DNA from: Escherichia coli
GTDB lineage: Bacteria; Pseudomonadota; Gammaproteobacteria; Enterobacterales; Enterobacteriaceae
NCBI RefSeq assembly: GCF_044324875.1
Contig: NZ_CP172185.1
Length of the DNA: 64,000 nt
Direction: 5' to 3' (one strand)
A program made the translations under genes and the position numbers. Under the pieces are notes generated by a model that was given only the letters and a program-made list of their open reading frames with translations, was not told the DNA's origin and made no database searches. Positions 1 through 9,252 of this stretch are shown here, one piece after another (position 1 is the stretch's first letter; every line of letters starts with the position of its first letter).

Positions 1-1
1 A

Positions 2-181
2 CTTGAATTATATTCAGTAGATGCGGAACGGGTGTCTCTGAGAGTCCGGGTGGAAGACGATATTTCTGTTCGCGTATTTATCAATAAACCCAGCGAAGAA
101 GCCTGGGGCGATGTTGTTATGCACATGAAAAAGCACATCGCTAATCACCTGAAAAAGCGAGCGCCATCAGCACTTCGTTAA
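2..181 (+). CDS. C-terminal fragment of an unidentified prophage gene (5' part outside window)
   Basis: Frame open from window edge, ...LRVRVEDDISVRVFINKPSEEAWGDVVMHMKKHIANHLKKRAPSALR, stop TAA at 179-181; convergent with Q. Confidence 0.4.
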   Translation, partial: LELYSVDAERVSLRVRVEDDISVRVFINKPSEEAWGDVVMHMKKHIANHLKKRAPSALR

Positions 182-247
182 GCAGAGCTGGAGAGTCGGG
201 GCATAAATTTTTTATGCCCCGGCGAAGCAGCAGACAAGCGAAGCGCG

Positions 248-1303
248 TCAGGATATGGGCTGGGTGTCTAACAGTGCGTAAGGGTTAAAACGGATCACCT
301 CTTCGCCCAGCCAGTCGTTGACGTGTTTCATTGCTTCCATGACGGGCATCAGTTCGTTAATGGCAAACACACGGGCTGCCTTCTCCACATCCCCGAATGA
401 CCCCTTCTCACCCGGCATGGCCCCCATCAGCTGCGGCGGTACACGGTGCACGGACAGCACATCATCACGCGATGCAGCCTTGACGTTCATGAACTCATCC
501 TTTGCGGTGATTTGCTGAAACGGCAAAATCTGTACGCCATCCTTACCACCTCCCGCCGCGTGGATGAGCAGATTTTTAAACGCCCCGCCACCACGCGCGC
601 TTTGCAGTGTTTCCCGCAGTTTTTCCATGCTTTCACGGTCAACCTGCGCCGCACCGATGTAGACAATACAGCCCGCGTGTGAGCCGTTATCGTAGTAGAG
701 CTTGCGGAAGATATCGGCGGAATGTGACAGGCTGGCAGACAGCAGGCCGCCCAGGTAATCCGGCATCCCGTAAATCTCCTGGTTGATATCAGGATTCATC
801 AGGTGGCATATCGTCCCCTCACGAAAGCGGTACTCTTCCTGTCCTTCCTGTATATACCACCATGATTTCATATCGCTGCCACGTCGCATGTATTTCGCCA
901 GCGCCCGGCGCAGGGCCAGCGGTTCGCCAAGCATGTTGCGCCGCAGCTCAAGACAGGCATTACCGAACACAAACCAGTCCATCGCCACCCCGGCGAACTC
1001 CTGGCGGGACAGCAGAGGATGTGGAATATAGCAGCCCAGCAGCACATTACGTTTGAAGCTGAGCGCCGACTGGTGCCAGGACGTCTGGCGGGCAGCCCGT
1101 GCCAGTCCGTACCAGTCAACGGGCGTTTCAAACCACCGCCCGTTGTCGGCGCAGTACATGCTGTCCAGCAGGTCGGCCCCTGACAGCCGGTAAGGTCCTT
1201 CAAACGTGAAGGCACTCAGTGTCGGGTCGCTTCGCAGGGAATCCGCAAGGCTGCCCTGCGCTGCGCGGGCGTTCGTACGTCGTTGTTTATTTTTTCTGCT
1301 CAT
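248..1303 (-). CDS. Q: Phage portal (capsid vertex) protein, P2 gpQ-like
   Basis: 351-aa ORF; size, position (divergent from capsid operon, adjacent to terminase) and sequence character as recalled for P2 Q. Confidence 0.8.
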   Translation of the reverse strand: MSRKNKQRRTNARAAQGSLADSLRSDPTLSAFTFEGPYRLSGADLLDSMYCADNGRWFETPVDWYGLARAARQTSWHQSALSFKRNVLLGCYIPHPLLSRQEFAGVAMDWFVFGNACLELRRNMLGEPLALRRALAKYMRRGSDMKSWWYIQEGQEEYRFREGTICHLMNPDINQEIYGMPDYLGGLLSASLSHSADIFRKLYYDNGSHAGCIVYIGAAQVDRESMEKLRETLQSARGGGAFKNLLIHAAGGGKDGVQILPFQQITAKDEFMNVKAASRDDVLSVHRVPPQLMGAMPGEKGSFGDVEKAARVFAINELMPVMEAMKHVNDWLGEEVIRFNPYALLDTQPIS

Positions 1304-3054
1304 CAGAACTCCGTAACACTGAAGGGGGCGGCATCATGTTCACCGCCGACAGGTTCGTTGATAACGGCCAGCATGGTGGCCCATGCAAGATCGCCATGGC
1401 TTACGCCTCTTGCGCGATCTGTTTCGTAGGTGATAAATCCGGCCTGCGTTTTTGTTTTGCGTACCGCGTTAAAGGCGCTCACCAGTTCGCGCTCGCTGCG
1501 GTCGTACTCCCACCGCCCGGCGCGCATGAGCTGCAGCATCTTCAGAACCAGCGTGCGCTTTGATGACAGGGTGAAGGTGTAGGGAATGGCTGCCGGAAAA
1601 AAGCGCTTCACAATCTGATACACCGCATCCCCGTGACCGCCGGTTACGTCAATACCGATATGCTCAACGTTATAGCGAAAGGTGAACTCTTCAATCACCT
1701 TCGCCTGCGCCTCAAACTCCAGCCCCTGCACCCGCCGCGTCTCCACGGTGCGAAAACGCCCGCCCGGTACGGCTGGCGGCACCACCACGACAACCGCCCC
1801 GCTGTCACCGTTCCCGCTACTGCCGTTGGCGTCGTACCCAATCCACACAGGGCGGTTCCCCATCGGACGCGGTGCAAACGGCTTCCAGTCCGGCCACTCG
1901 TCGTATCCGTCAACACCGCAGCCAATCAGGATATTCAGGTTAAATGCCGATTCCCCTTCGCGAGCAAATTCACACATGTAGAGATTGCGGAACTCGTCTT
2001 CAGTGTTATTGCGCCGGATTTTGTCAATGTTGGTTAACGTCCATCCCTGACTGACCACATCTTCCAGCGTCACAATTTGCCGCCAGATATAGTCAGGACA
2101 GATAAGGCCGTTATGAAGCGCATTCCAGCTCACATCAAAATGCTGACGTTTATGAGTACGAAGCCCTTCATTCCAGTGATCGCCGTTCCAGTATGCATAC
2201 GCCTCATGTGTTTCACTTGATGGCGTGGAAAAATAGGTACACCGCAAACCATCCAGCGTTGCCATAGCAGCAGCCACCTTGCGCAGCTCTGCGAAACGCC
2301 CCGTCCAGAAAAACTCATCAAAATACAGATTCCCTGTGTACGCTTGCGCGGTGGCCGCAGAAGTGCCGAGAAAATGCAGCTCTGCACCGTTGGAGAGGAT
2401 GACTTTATCGCCCCCTTTCAGTTCCACATCAACTTCAGATGCAGCCTTCTGAATAATGCTTTTAAACTGGAGCGCCTGACGACGAGACGCAGACAAAAAA
2501 ATCTGGTTACGCTGGTAAGGTTGTGCCACATCGTCACGCAGCGCCATCAGCAGCGCTTCCTGCGCAAAATACCAGGTCGCCCCAATCTGGCGGGATTTCA
2601 GGATCATCCTGTCAGTAATTCCGGCACGCTCACAGGCACCGATAGCATCAAGCCATTTGCGCTGGTGTCCGGCCAGCCTGTCGGTAATTTTTTCCCGCAG
2701 CGCCGCGATCTGTTCCGGCGTGAAATGATTTTTGCGTTTTTTCGCCCGGCCTTTCTTTCCTGTTGCCGTCTCATCCGGCAGACCGTCATGCAGCTTTTTA
2801 AGCTGACGGGTCAGCAAATCAATTTCCTTAAAGTCCCCGCCTGTTTTATTCTGTTTTTCCGTGAGCTGAATGAGTCGCGCATCCATGGACTGCGTGACAC
2901 GCTGAACCGGGGGCGTCTCATCCCACTGGTCGCGTTTTTTCCACGAATGGATCGTGTTCTGGTTGATACCCATAAGGCGGGAAATTTCCGCAACAGGGTA
3001 ACCCTGCCAGTACAGCTGGCGTGCCCGCTGGCGAACAAATGTATCCTGAATCAT
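1303..3054 (-). CDS. P: Terminase large (ATPase) subunit, P2 gpP-like
   Basis: 583-aa ORF immediately upstream of Q on the same strand, 1-nt start/stop overlap; terminase-like size and context. Confidence 0.8.
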   Translation of the reverse strand: MIQDTFVRQRARQLYWQGYPVAEISRLMGINQNTIHSWKKRDQWDETPPVQRVTQSMDARLIQLTEKQNKTGGDFKEIDLLTRQLKKLHDGLPDETATGKKGRAKKRKNHFTPEQIAALREKITDRLAGHQRKWLDAIGACERAGITDRMILKSRQIGATWYFAQEALLMALRDDVAQPYQRNQIFLSASRRQALQFKSIIQKAASEVDVELKGGDKVILSNGAELHFLGTSAATAQAYTGNLYFDEFFWTGRFAELRKVAAAMATLDGLRCTYFSTPSSETHEAYAYWNGDHWNEGLRTHKRQHFDVSWNALHNGLICPDYIWRQIVTLEDVVSQGWTLTNIDKIRRNNTEDEFRNLYMCEFAREGESAFNLNILIGCGVDGYDEWPDWKPFAPRPMGNRPVWIGYDANGSSGNGDSGAVVVVVPPAVPGGRFRTVETRRVQGLEFEAQAKVIEEFTFRYNVEHIGIDVTGGHGDAVYQIVKRFFPAAIPYTFTLSSKRTLVLKMLQLMRAGRWEYDRSERELVSAFNAVRKTKTQAGFITYETDRARGVSHGDLAWATMLAVINEPVGGEHDAAPFSVTEF

Positions 3055-3118
3055 TTCTCCCCCTCATGTGATTCAGGCAGTTTACTCACCCCTTACAGGC
3101 CTCCTGCCATGCCCGGTG

Positions 3119-3136
3119 TTGTCGGCATTCGCTTAC
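3119..3136. promoter_or_regulatory. TGT-N12-ACA box (candidate Ogr-type late-promoter activator site) in divergent P/O intergenic region
   Basis: tgtCGGCATTCGCTTaca read directly; centred ~74 bp from P start and ~82 bp from O start; P2 late promoters are known to carry TGT-N12-ACA near -55. Confidence 0.5.
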
Positions 3137-3208
3137 AACAAACGCACTTTGTCTGTCCCTGCCCCGTTTTGCCATCATGAGACAAACGATCATCACGAGG
3201 GCCCGACA

Positions 3209-4045
3209 ATGCCTGAACAGAAAAAAACATCCCGTAAAACATTCCGCGTGGCCGTTTCCGGTCCCACCGCAGACGGTCGCGAAATCAGCGCCGCAGATTT
3301 GCGCGCGGCGGCCAGTAACTTCAACCCTGAGATTTACGGCGCACGCGTGAACGTGGAGCACTGGCTTTCACCGGTTCCGTCCAGTGAATTTTCCGCCATG
3401 GGTGATGTGACGGCACTGAGCACAGAAGAAATCACCGAAGGTCCGCTGGTCGGTCGTACTGCGCTGTATGCGAAAATCGAACCCACCGACCGCATGAAAA
3501 ATCTGGTCTCCCGGGGTAAGAAAATTTACTCCAGTATTGAGCTGGCACGAAATTTCACCCCTACGGGCACCCCGTATCTTATTGGCCTTGCCATGACAGA
3601 CACCCCGGCAAGCATCGGCACGGAGCGTCTTCAGTTCGCCCTGCAGCAGCGCCGTTCGGTCATGACCTTCAATAATCAGCAGACGGAAGCACCGATGTTC
3701 TCTGACGCCATTGAGGCTGAAGTGATCGAACTGACGGAGCGCCGCAGCGAGGAAGGTGCGCAGTGGTTTAACCGCGTGATGAACATGATTGGGCGAGGAC
3801 GCAGGGCTGACGACACCCGGTTCTCCCGCATTCATGACGCCGTTGAGGGGATAGCCTCATCGCATGCCGACCTTCTCGACCGCTTCAGTGCACTGGAATC
3901 GCGCCATCAGGCAGACAGACAGAAAGTCGCCACCCTGTCCACTGAGCTGGCAGAGCTGAAAAACAGACTGCGCGGACTGGACGCTGATCAGCAAAGTCGT
4001 TTTACGGCAACCGGCGGGCAGTCCAGACAACTGGCTGACTACTGA
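3209..4045 (+). CDS. O: Capsid scaffolding protein, P2 gpO-like
   Basis: Track ORF 3068-4045; start moved to ATG 3209 (MPEQKKTSRKTFRVAVSGPTADGREISAADL...) by comparison with recalled P2 O N-terminus. Confidence 0.8.
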   Translation: MPEQKKTSRKTFRVAVSGPTADGREISAADLRAAASNFNPEIYGARVNVEHWLSPVPSSEFSAMGDVTALSTEEITEGPLVGRTALYAKIEPTDRMKNLVSRGKKIYSSIELARNFTPTGTPYLIGLAMTDTPASIGTERLQFALQQRRSVMTFNNQQTEAPMFSDAIEAEVIELTERRSEEGAQWFNRVMNMIGRGRRADDTRFSRIHDAVEGIASSHADLLDRFSALESRHQADRQKVATLSTELAELKNRLRGLDADQQSRFTATGGQSRQLADY

Positions 4046-4073
4046 CAGAAATAACCACAAGAGGTGATAACCG

Positions 4074-5213
4074 ATGAATCTGATCATGAGCGATGCCGCG
4101 CGGGCCGAGCTTTTTGCTTACCAGGCACAACAGGCGGAGATGAATAACATCACGATATCTGCGCTCTCCTCCCGCTTTTCGGTACAGCCGGCAGTGCAGC
4201 AGAGATTTGAAAACGCATCAAAGGAAAGCCATGATTTTCTTCAGAAAGCCAACAGCATTGGTGTGACAGAGCAGAAAGGTGAAAAGGTACTCCTGGACAC
4301 CACCGGGCCGGTTGCGCGCACGAACAGCAGTTATGACGGTACAAATCGTCGTAACCCGCTGAATGTGGTGGACATGAAAGCGCGACGCTATGAGTGCGAG
4401 CAGGTGAACTACGACACCTTCATCTCCTACCCTCAGCTTGACATGTGGGCCGGACACCCTGACTTCCAGCTGCGTGTGAGTCGCCAGATTGCCAGACAGG
4501 TGGCACTTGATCGCATCATGACAGGTTTTAACGGTACGCACCATGCGGAAGTCTCGGATATAAAAAAACACCCGCGACTTGAGGACGTCAATAAGGGGTG
4601 GCTGCAGGATATCAGGGACCAGGCCCCGCAACGCGTCATGAAAGACGTGATGCTGACTGCGCGCAATATGGACAATTCGGTGGCATACACAGGCAGATAC
4701 GCCAATCCCGATGCACTGGTCCAGGATGCACGCTCATCCCTGCTTGACGAATGGCACAAGGACGCAGACGACCTCGTTGTCATCATGGGGCGAAACCTCT
4801 TTAACTCCCTGCGCCTGCCGGTCCTGAACAGTATCAGCATGCAGAATGCGAATGCCGAACTGCTTGCCGGACAGCTCATTGTGTCAACGCGGACCATTGG
4901 CGGCCTTGATGTGTACCTTGCGCCATTTTTCCCGGCTCAGTCAATGCTCATCACCTCATTCAGCAACCTGTCGGTTTACTGGCAGAAGGGGTCCATGCGT
5001 CGTCTCATGAAGGATGAGCCCGAATACAACCGTATCGCCATCTATCAGTCCGTTAACGACTGCTATGTGGTTGAGGACCATGGTAAGTGCGCACTGATTG
5101 AGAATATCAGCTTTGCCGAATATGACCATGACGCGCCGGACTGGTACCGGGACGCCACAAAAGCACTGTCAGCGCAGGCTGAAGACAGGGATGCAGGGGA
5201 AGAGGAGGATTAA
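4074..5213 (+). CDS. N: Major capsid protein, P2 gpN-like
   Basis: 379-aa ORF; motifs RRYECEQVNYD, RVMKDV, LSVYWQKGSMRR parallel recalled P2 N. Confidence 0.85.
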   Translation: MNLIMSDAARAELFAYQAQQAEMNNITISALSSRFSVQPAVQQRFENASKESHDFLQKANSIGVTEQKGEKVLLDTTGPVARTNSSYDGTNRRNPLNVVDMKARRYECEQVNYDTFISYPQLDMWAGHPDFQLRVSRQIARQVALDRIMTGFNGTHHAEVSDIKKHPRLEDVNKGWLQDIRDQAPQRVMKDVMLTARNMDNSVAYTGRYANPDALVQDARSSLLDEWHKDADDLVVIMGRNLFNSLRLPVLNSISMQNANAELLAGQLIVSTRTIGGLDVYLAPFFPAQSMLITSFSNLSVYWQKGSMRRLMKDEPEYNRIAIYQSVNDCYVVEDHGKCALIENISFAEYDHDAPDWYRDATKALSAQAEDRDAGEEED

Positions 5214-5215
5214 CC

Positions 5216-5998
5216 ATGCTGACACCGGCACAGGCTCATTTCCAGCGCGTGATGGCTTTACGGGCAGGAACGGCAGCAGAAAACGAGGATATCGTGGCCC
5301 GCACGGCTCATGAGCAGGTCCTTCACCGTCTGCGCCTGGCACAGCAACGCATAAAGGGCGTCCAGGCAAAAGCGGCAAAGGCCGCGCTCAAGCGTGAAAT
5401 GCTGCCGGGTTTTGCAGGCTGGATAGACGGCACGCTGGAAGCCGACGGCGGACAGCAGGATGAGGTGATAGCCACACTCATGGTGTGGGCCGTGGACTGT
5501 GGCGACCTGGCGCTTGCACTGCGCATCGGGGATTATGTGGTTCGCCACAACCTCACGATGCCTGACAACTTCGGGCGTACGGCAGCCACGGTACTGACCG
5601 AGGAAATCTGCAACCCTGTTCTGACACAGGCCGGAACGGATGCACACGCCGATTTGTCCGGCTACATCGAACCGCTGGACACCCTCTGGCAAATTGTCGC
5701 GAACCGGGACATGCCCGATGAGGTCCGCGCCAAGCTGTGCAAGGCATGCGCCTTTGCCCGTCGTGGCCTGACCGATGCCGACAGCATGGCGGTGAGTCTG
5801 AAGCTGTTCCGTGAGGCAATGCACCTTAACCCGAATGCGGGGGTAAAACGTGAGATTGCCACGCTTTCACGGGCCCTGAAAAAGGCCGGACAGGATGAAG
5901 CCGCTGCCGCACAGGAGCCTGCGGCACAGAAAGATACAACCAGAGAACAGACCACGACGCCGAAGGCGAAAGCGAAAGCGAAGGCGAAACGTGGTTAA
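5216..5998 (+). CDS. M: Terminase small/endonuclease subunit, P2 gpM-like
   Basis: 260-aa ORF directly after N; Lys/Ala-rich C-terminus; position as in P2. Confidence 0.75.
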   Translation: MLTPAQAHFQRVMALRAGTAAENEDIVARTAHEQVLHRLRLAQQRIKGVQAKAAKAALKREMLPGFAGWIDGTLEADGGQQDEVIATLMVWAVDCGDLALALRIGDYVVRHNLTMPDNFGRTAATVLTEEICNPVLTQAGTDAHADLSGYIEPLDTLWQIVANRDMPDEVRAKLCKACAFARRGLTDADSMAVSLKLFREAMHLNPNAGVKREIATLSRALKKAGQDEAAAAQEPAAQKDTTREQTTTPKAKAKAKAKRG

Positions 5999-6100
5999 CG
6001 GCTGACCCCGTCAGAAGGCGGCGTGCCGGGCGTTCCGGTTACGGTTTTCCGTTCCCCTTACACCCGGCACCCACCGCTTTTTTTTCTGAAGGAGCGATTT

Positions 6101-6595
6101 ATGAGCATGGTCGCAAGACCGGAAGCCGCCCCTGCGCGGGACGACATCACCGACACCGACGACGGCGACGCCACCATCACCGCCGGGGCATTCTGGCCGG
6201 AGATTGTGCTGCGGGAGCTGCGCCTTGCAGTACGCCTGCCGGGCCGCATCACCTCCACACGTCTGGCGCACGTTGCCACGGGAGCCGTGGCTCACGTCAC
6301 GCGGGAGCTGGAAGAGTGGCAGCAGGCGCAAATCGCCGCAGGATTCAGCACGCTGACAGACGTACCTGCCGCCACCATCAACGGTGAGAGCGTCAACGCC
6401 TGGCATTACCGGCACGCCGTCTACAGCGCCACCCGTGCCCTGATTCTGGAACGCTGGCGGGATGTGGACACCACCGACAAGGGGGACCGCAGGGCTGACG
6501 CACTGGATGAGCAGGTGGAGGACCTGTGGCGCGACGTGCGCTGGGCGATTTCCGATATTCTCGGCTTTCCCCGTCTTTTTGTGGAGCTTGTGTGA
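6101..6595 (+). CDS. L: Head completion/stabilisation protein, P2 gpL-like
   Basis: Start set at ATG 6101 preceded by GGAG; ~164 aa; position after M. Confidence 0.7.
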   Translation: MSMVARPEAAPARDDITDTDDGDATITAGAFWPEIVLRELRLAVRLPGRITSTRLAHVATGAVAHVTRELEEWQQAQIAAGFSTLTDVPAATINGESVNAWHYRHAVYSATRALILERWRDVDTTDKGDRRADALDEQVEDLWRDVRWAISDILGFPRLFVELV

Positions 6596-6792
6596 TGAAA
6601 GTGAGGGCACTTCAGGGGGACACCGTCGATTTACTCTGTTTCCGGCACTACGGCACCACGCAGGGGGTGACCGCACAGGTACTTGATGCCAATCCCGGGC
6701 TCTGCCGCCAGGTAATTCTGGAAGCGGGACAGGAGGTGGAGATGCCGGAGCCGGAAAGGAAACAGCAACGCGAAAAGGTAAAGCTATGGTGA
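6595..6792 (+). CDS. X: Small tail protein, P2 gpX-like (65 aa)
   Basis: MKVRALQGDTVDLLCFRHYGTTQG...; ATG overlaps L stop (tgATG); position as P2 X. Confidence 0.65.
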   Translation: MKVRALQGDTVDLLCFRHYGTTQGVTAQVLDANPGLCRQVILEAGQEVEMPEPERKQQREKVKLW

Positions 6793-7076
6793 CGGGATTT
6801 TTTCAGCGCGTCAGTGACTGGATCACCTTCTGGGCGTCAGTGACGGCAACAACCATTGGTGTTATGACCATCAGCGAAAAAATTGCGCTGGCCGGGCTGC
6901 TTCTGGGGTCACTTTCCGCCATCCATGCCTGGCGCCACCGCAGGCGTACGGAGCAGGCAATGAAGCGCCGCAATGACCTTATCGCCCGCATCCTGGCACG
7001 TTCAGAAAACCGCGAGCTTCACGACGGTGAGAGACGGGCACTGGACAGCGTGAGACAGGACGGAGAAGAGCGGTGA
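6786..7076 (+). CDS. Holin (two predicted TM helices then highly charged C-tail; pinholin-like)
   Basis: WITFWASVTATTIGVMTI and IALAGLLLGSLSAIHAW hydrophobic segments followed by RHRRRTEQAMKRRND...; immediately upstream of the endolysin. Confidence 0.6.
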   Translation: MVTGFFQRVSDWITFWASVTATTIGVMTISEKIALAGLLLGSLSAIHAWRHRRRTEQAMKRRNDLIARILARSENRELHDGERRALDSVRQDGEER

Positions 7077-7618
7077 AACTGCCGGTAAAACGTTATGCGG
7101 TGGCGGCCATTGTGGCGCTGGGCGTCTCCATGGCACCCGGTGAACTGAGAACCTCACGGGAAGCACAGATAAAAATCGCCACCCGGGAAGAGTGCCGGGC
7201 GACACCGTACCGTGATATTGCAGGAGTAATGACCGTGGGATGTGGTTCAACAGGGGGCGTGGAGAACCGGGTTTACGGAGAAAAGGAGGTGGCCCGCCGC
7301 TGGGTGAATGACCTGCGGCACGCGGAAAACTGTATCAACCAGAACTTCAGCGGTGCCGCCATGCCCCAGTCCGCCTTTGAGGCGATGACCGACGCGGCGT
7401 TCAACGTCGGCTGTACCGGCCTGATGTGGTACCGGGACAGGAGCGGCAACCGGCAGCGCACCACCATCTGGAAGCACGCACAGGCGCACCGCTGGGTGGC
7501 GATGTGCGGGAGACTGACCGATTTTGTCAACAGTGGCGGACGCCGCTCACAGGGGCTGGTTAACCGCCGGGAGGAGTTCAGACAGTGGTGTCTTCGCGAC
7601 ACGGGAGGCAGCACATGA
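7073..7618 (+). CDS. SAR (signal-anchor-release) endolysin, T4-lysozyme-like muramidase
   Basis: GTG start overlapping holin stop; N-terminal weakly hydrophobic segment AVAAIVALGVSMAPG then E..TPYRD..GV.TVG.G.T catalytic-region pattern as recalled for phage P21-type endolysins. Confidence 0.8.
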   Translation: MKLPVKRYAVAAIVALGVSMAPGELRTSREAQIKIATREECRATPYRDIAGVMTVGCGSTGGVENRVYGEKEVARRWVNDLRHAENCINQNFSGAAMPQSAFEAMTDAAFNVGCTGLMWYRDRSGNRQRTTIWKHAQAHRWVAMCGRLTDFVNSGGRRSQGLVNRREEFRQWCLRDTGGST

Positions 7619-8022
7619 GACCGGTTTACGCCGTGATTGTTGCCCTCATGGTGACCGCCCTGACGGCAGTGGCCATGTGGCAGTCATACCGGCTGGGGCG
7701 TGCCGGTGAGGCACGTGACGCCGCAGAGCAGCAGCTGGGCGAATACAGCCGGGCGCTGCGTGAGTCCTCCGCCGTTATCAGCGATGCCTCCGCCGTACTG
7801 CATGAGGTGATGACGCAGCGACAGAAAAGGGCACAGGAAGGAGAAGTCAGACGTGAACAGCTTCGCGAAATTGCTGCGACGGATGAGTGCGCCGGCACTC
7901 TTCCTGACCACCGTTTTACTGACCGGCTGCGCGAACACACGGAACGCGCCACTGCCCGCGCCCTCCTTCCGGTTCATTCCGGCGGGACTGACGACGGGAA
8001 CACGGCCCCCGCCCTTCCCTGA
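7615..8022 (+). CDS. i-spanin (Rz / P2 LysB-like), N-terminal TM anchor
   Basis: ATG 7615 overlaps endolysin stop (ATGA); MRPVYAVIVALMVTALTAVAMW TM then charged coiled-coil-like region. Confidence 0.65.
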   Translation: MRPVYAVIVALMVTALTAVAMWQSYRLGRAGEARDAAEQQLGEYSRALRESSAVISDASAVLHEVMTQRQKRAQEGEVRREQLREIAATDECAGTLPDHRFTDRLREHTERATARALLPVHSGGTDDGNTAPALP

Positions 8023-8167
8023 ACACCCCACATGGGGAAATATCGGGATATGGAGCGACAGCCTCCTGGATGCACTGGAAACCTGCAACGCAGACAAACA
8101 GGCCATTGAGGCGCTGGAGCGCCGGAGACTCAACCGACAGAACGGAGGGGGACATGCTGAAAAGTAA
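7853..8167 (+). CDS. o-spanin lipoprotein (Rz1 / P2 LysC-like), in +1 frame overlapping and extending past the i-spanin gene
   Basis: Signal peptide MNSFAKLLRRMSAPALFLTTVLLTGC with lipobox LTGC; proline-rich mature part; start could alternatively be the internal Met at 7883. Confidence 0.6.
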   Translation: MNSFAKLLRRMSAPALFLTTVLLTGCANTRNAPLPAPSFRFIPAGLTTGTRPPPFPEHPTWGNIGIWSDSLLDALETCNADKQAIEALERRRLNRQNGGGHAEK

Positions 8168-8618
8168 ATCCCTGAGCACACACATGAGTACAGCGTGCCG
8201 GTGGTGCAGGGCCAACCCGGAAAAGTTCACCGTGTTCATTGAACGTGGCGGGATAGAGACCACCGGCGAGACGCCGACGTTCGTGTACAACTACCGGCTC
8301 GTGATGTTCGTCATGGACTACACGGGCGACCTGGACGACCTGACGCTTCCACTGATTGTCTGGCTGGCAGAGAACCAGCCGCAGTTGCTGCTTAATCCTG
8401 AGCGCAACGGCGATATTCAGTTCACGGCGGCCATTAACGACGACGACAGTGCGGACGTGCTTTTTGAGCTGCCGCTGCGCGAGCGCGTGCGCGTCACCCG
8501 CAGGGATGACGGCACCCTCACAACGGAACATCTGCCGGAGCCGAAATCGCGCATCCCGCAGGACGGCGACTGGTCGCACATTCTGGAGGATGTGACGTGG
8601 GAGGTGACCGGTGACTGA
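8154..8618 (+). CDS. R: Tail completion protein, P2 gpR-like
   Basis: Start set at ATG 8154 (MLKSKSL...); VMFVMDYTGDLDDLTLPLIVWLAENQP resembles recalled P2 R. Confidence 0.75.
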   Translation: MLKSKSLSTHMSTACRWCRANPEKFTVFIERGGIETTGETPTFVYNYRLVMFVMDYTGDLDDLTLPLIVWLAENQPQLLLNPERNGDIQFTAAINDDDSADVLFELPLRERVRVTRRDDGTLTTEHLPEPKSRIPQDGDWSHILEDVTWEVTGD

Positions 8619-9252
8619 CAGGGCTTTCACTGAACTGGACCGCACAATGCGGACCATCAGCAGCGGACTTTCCCCGCAGGCACTGAGCCGCATTGCCGGA
8701 CAGCTTGCCAGAGAGGTTCGCCGCAGCCAGCAACAGCGTATGCGCGCACAGAAAGCGCCGGACGGTACACAGTGGGAGCCGCGCAGACGGCGCATCAGCC
8801 GCCTGCAGCAGCGTATCCGCTTCATCCGGAACAACGAAACCCGCACGCTGAAAAACTGGCATCACGACGTGAGCAGACACGGACGCACCATCACCGGCTG
8901 GGATGAGGATAAGGGAGGCCTGCGCACCTTCTACCGGGAGGATATCACCCGTTATATTGAAATCAGCACCCGCCGCATCAGCCGCAACGCCACAAAGACC
9001 GTACCGATGTTTGCGAAGCTGCGCACGGCACGCTACCTGAAAGCCAGAGGCGATGCGGGCGGTCTGACCGTCGGTTATGACGGCGTGGCGGCACGCATTG
9101 CCCGCGTTCACCAGTTCGGGGAGCGCGACCGGGTGGCCGCAGGGGTGTATACGGATTATCCGGCCCGTGAACTTCTTGGAATAACACCGGCAGATGAACG
9201 GCTGATTGCCGACAGGCTACTGAACCGCATTGCGGGAGAAATATCATCATGA
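8611..9252 (+). CDS. S: Tail completion / virion morphogenesis protein, P2 gpS-like
   Basis: 213-aa ORF; GTG at 8611 (next in-frame ATG 8647); overlaps R stop and V start. Confidence 0.7.
   Translation: MTDRAFTELDRTMRTISSGLSPQALSRIAGQLAREVRRSQQQRMRAQKAPDGTQWEPRRRRISRLQQRIRFIRNNETRTLKNWHHDVSRHGRTITGWDEDKGGLRTFYREDITRYIEISTRRISRNATKTVPMFAKLRTARYLKARGDAGGLTVGYDGVAARIARVHQFGERDRVAAGVYTDYPARELLGITPADERLIADRLLNRIAGEISS

Noticed and set aside
196-222. Palindrome as intrinsic terminator for the upstream gene or for Q
   Set aside because: No U-tract follows the stem on either strand; kept only as a structural element or possible cos-associated feature
2344-3180. 278-aa plus-strand ORF
   Set aside because: Antisense to terminase gene P; no independent support
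6011-6676. 221-aa minus-strand ORF
   Set aside because: Antisense to gene L and X; Arg/Gly-rich artefact of high GC content
8130-8846. 238-aa minus-strand ORF
   Set aside because: Antisense to R and S tail-completion genes, which are supported by homology and operon context
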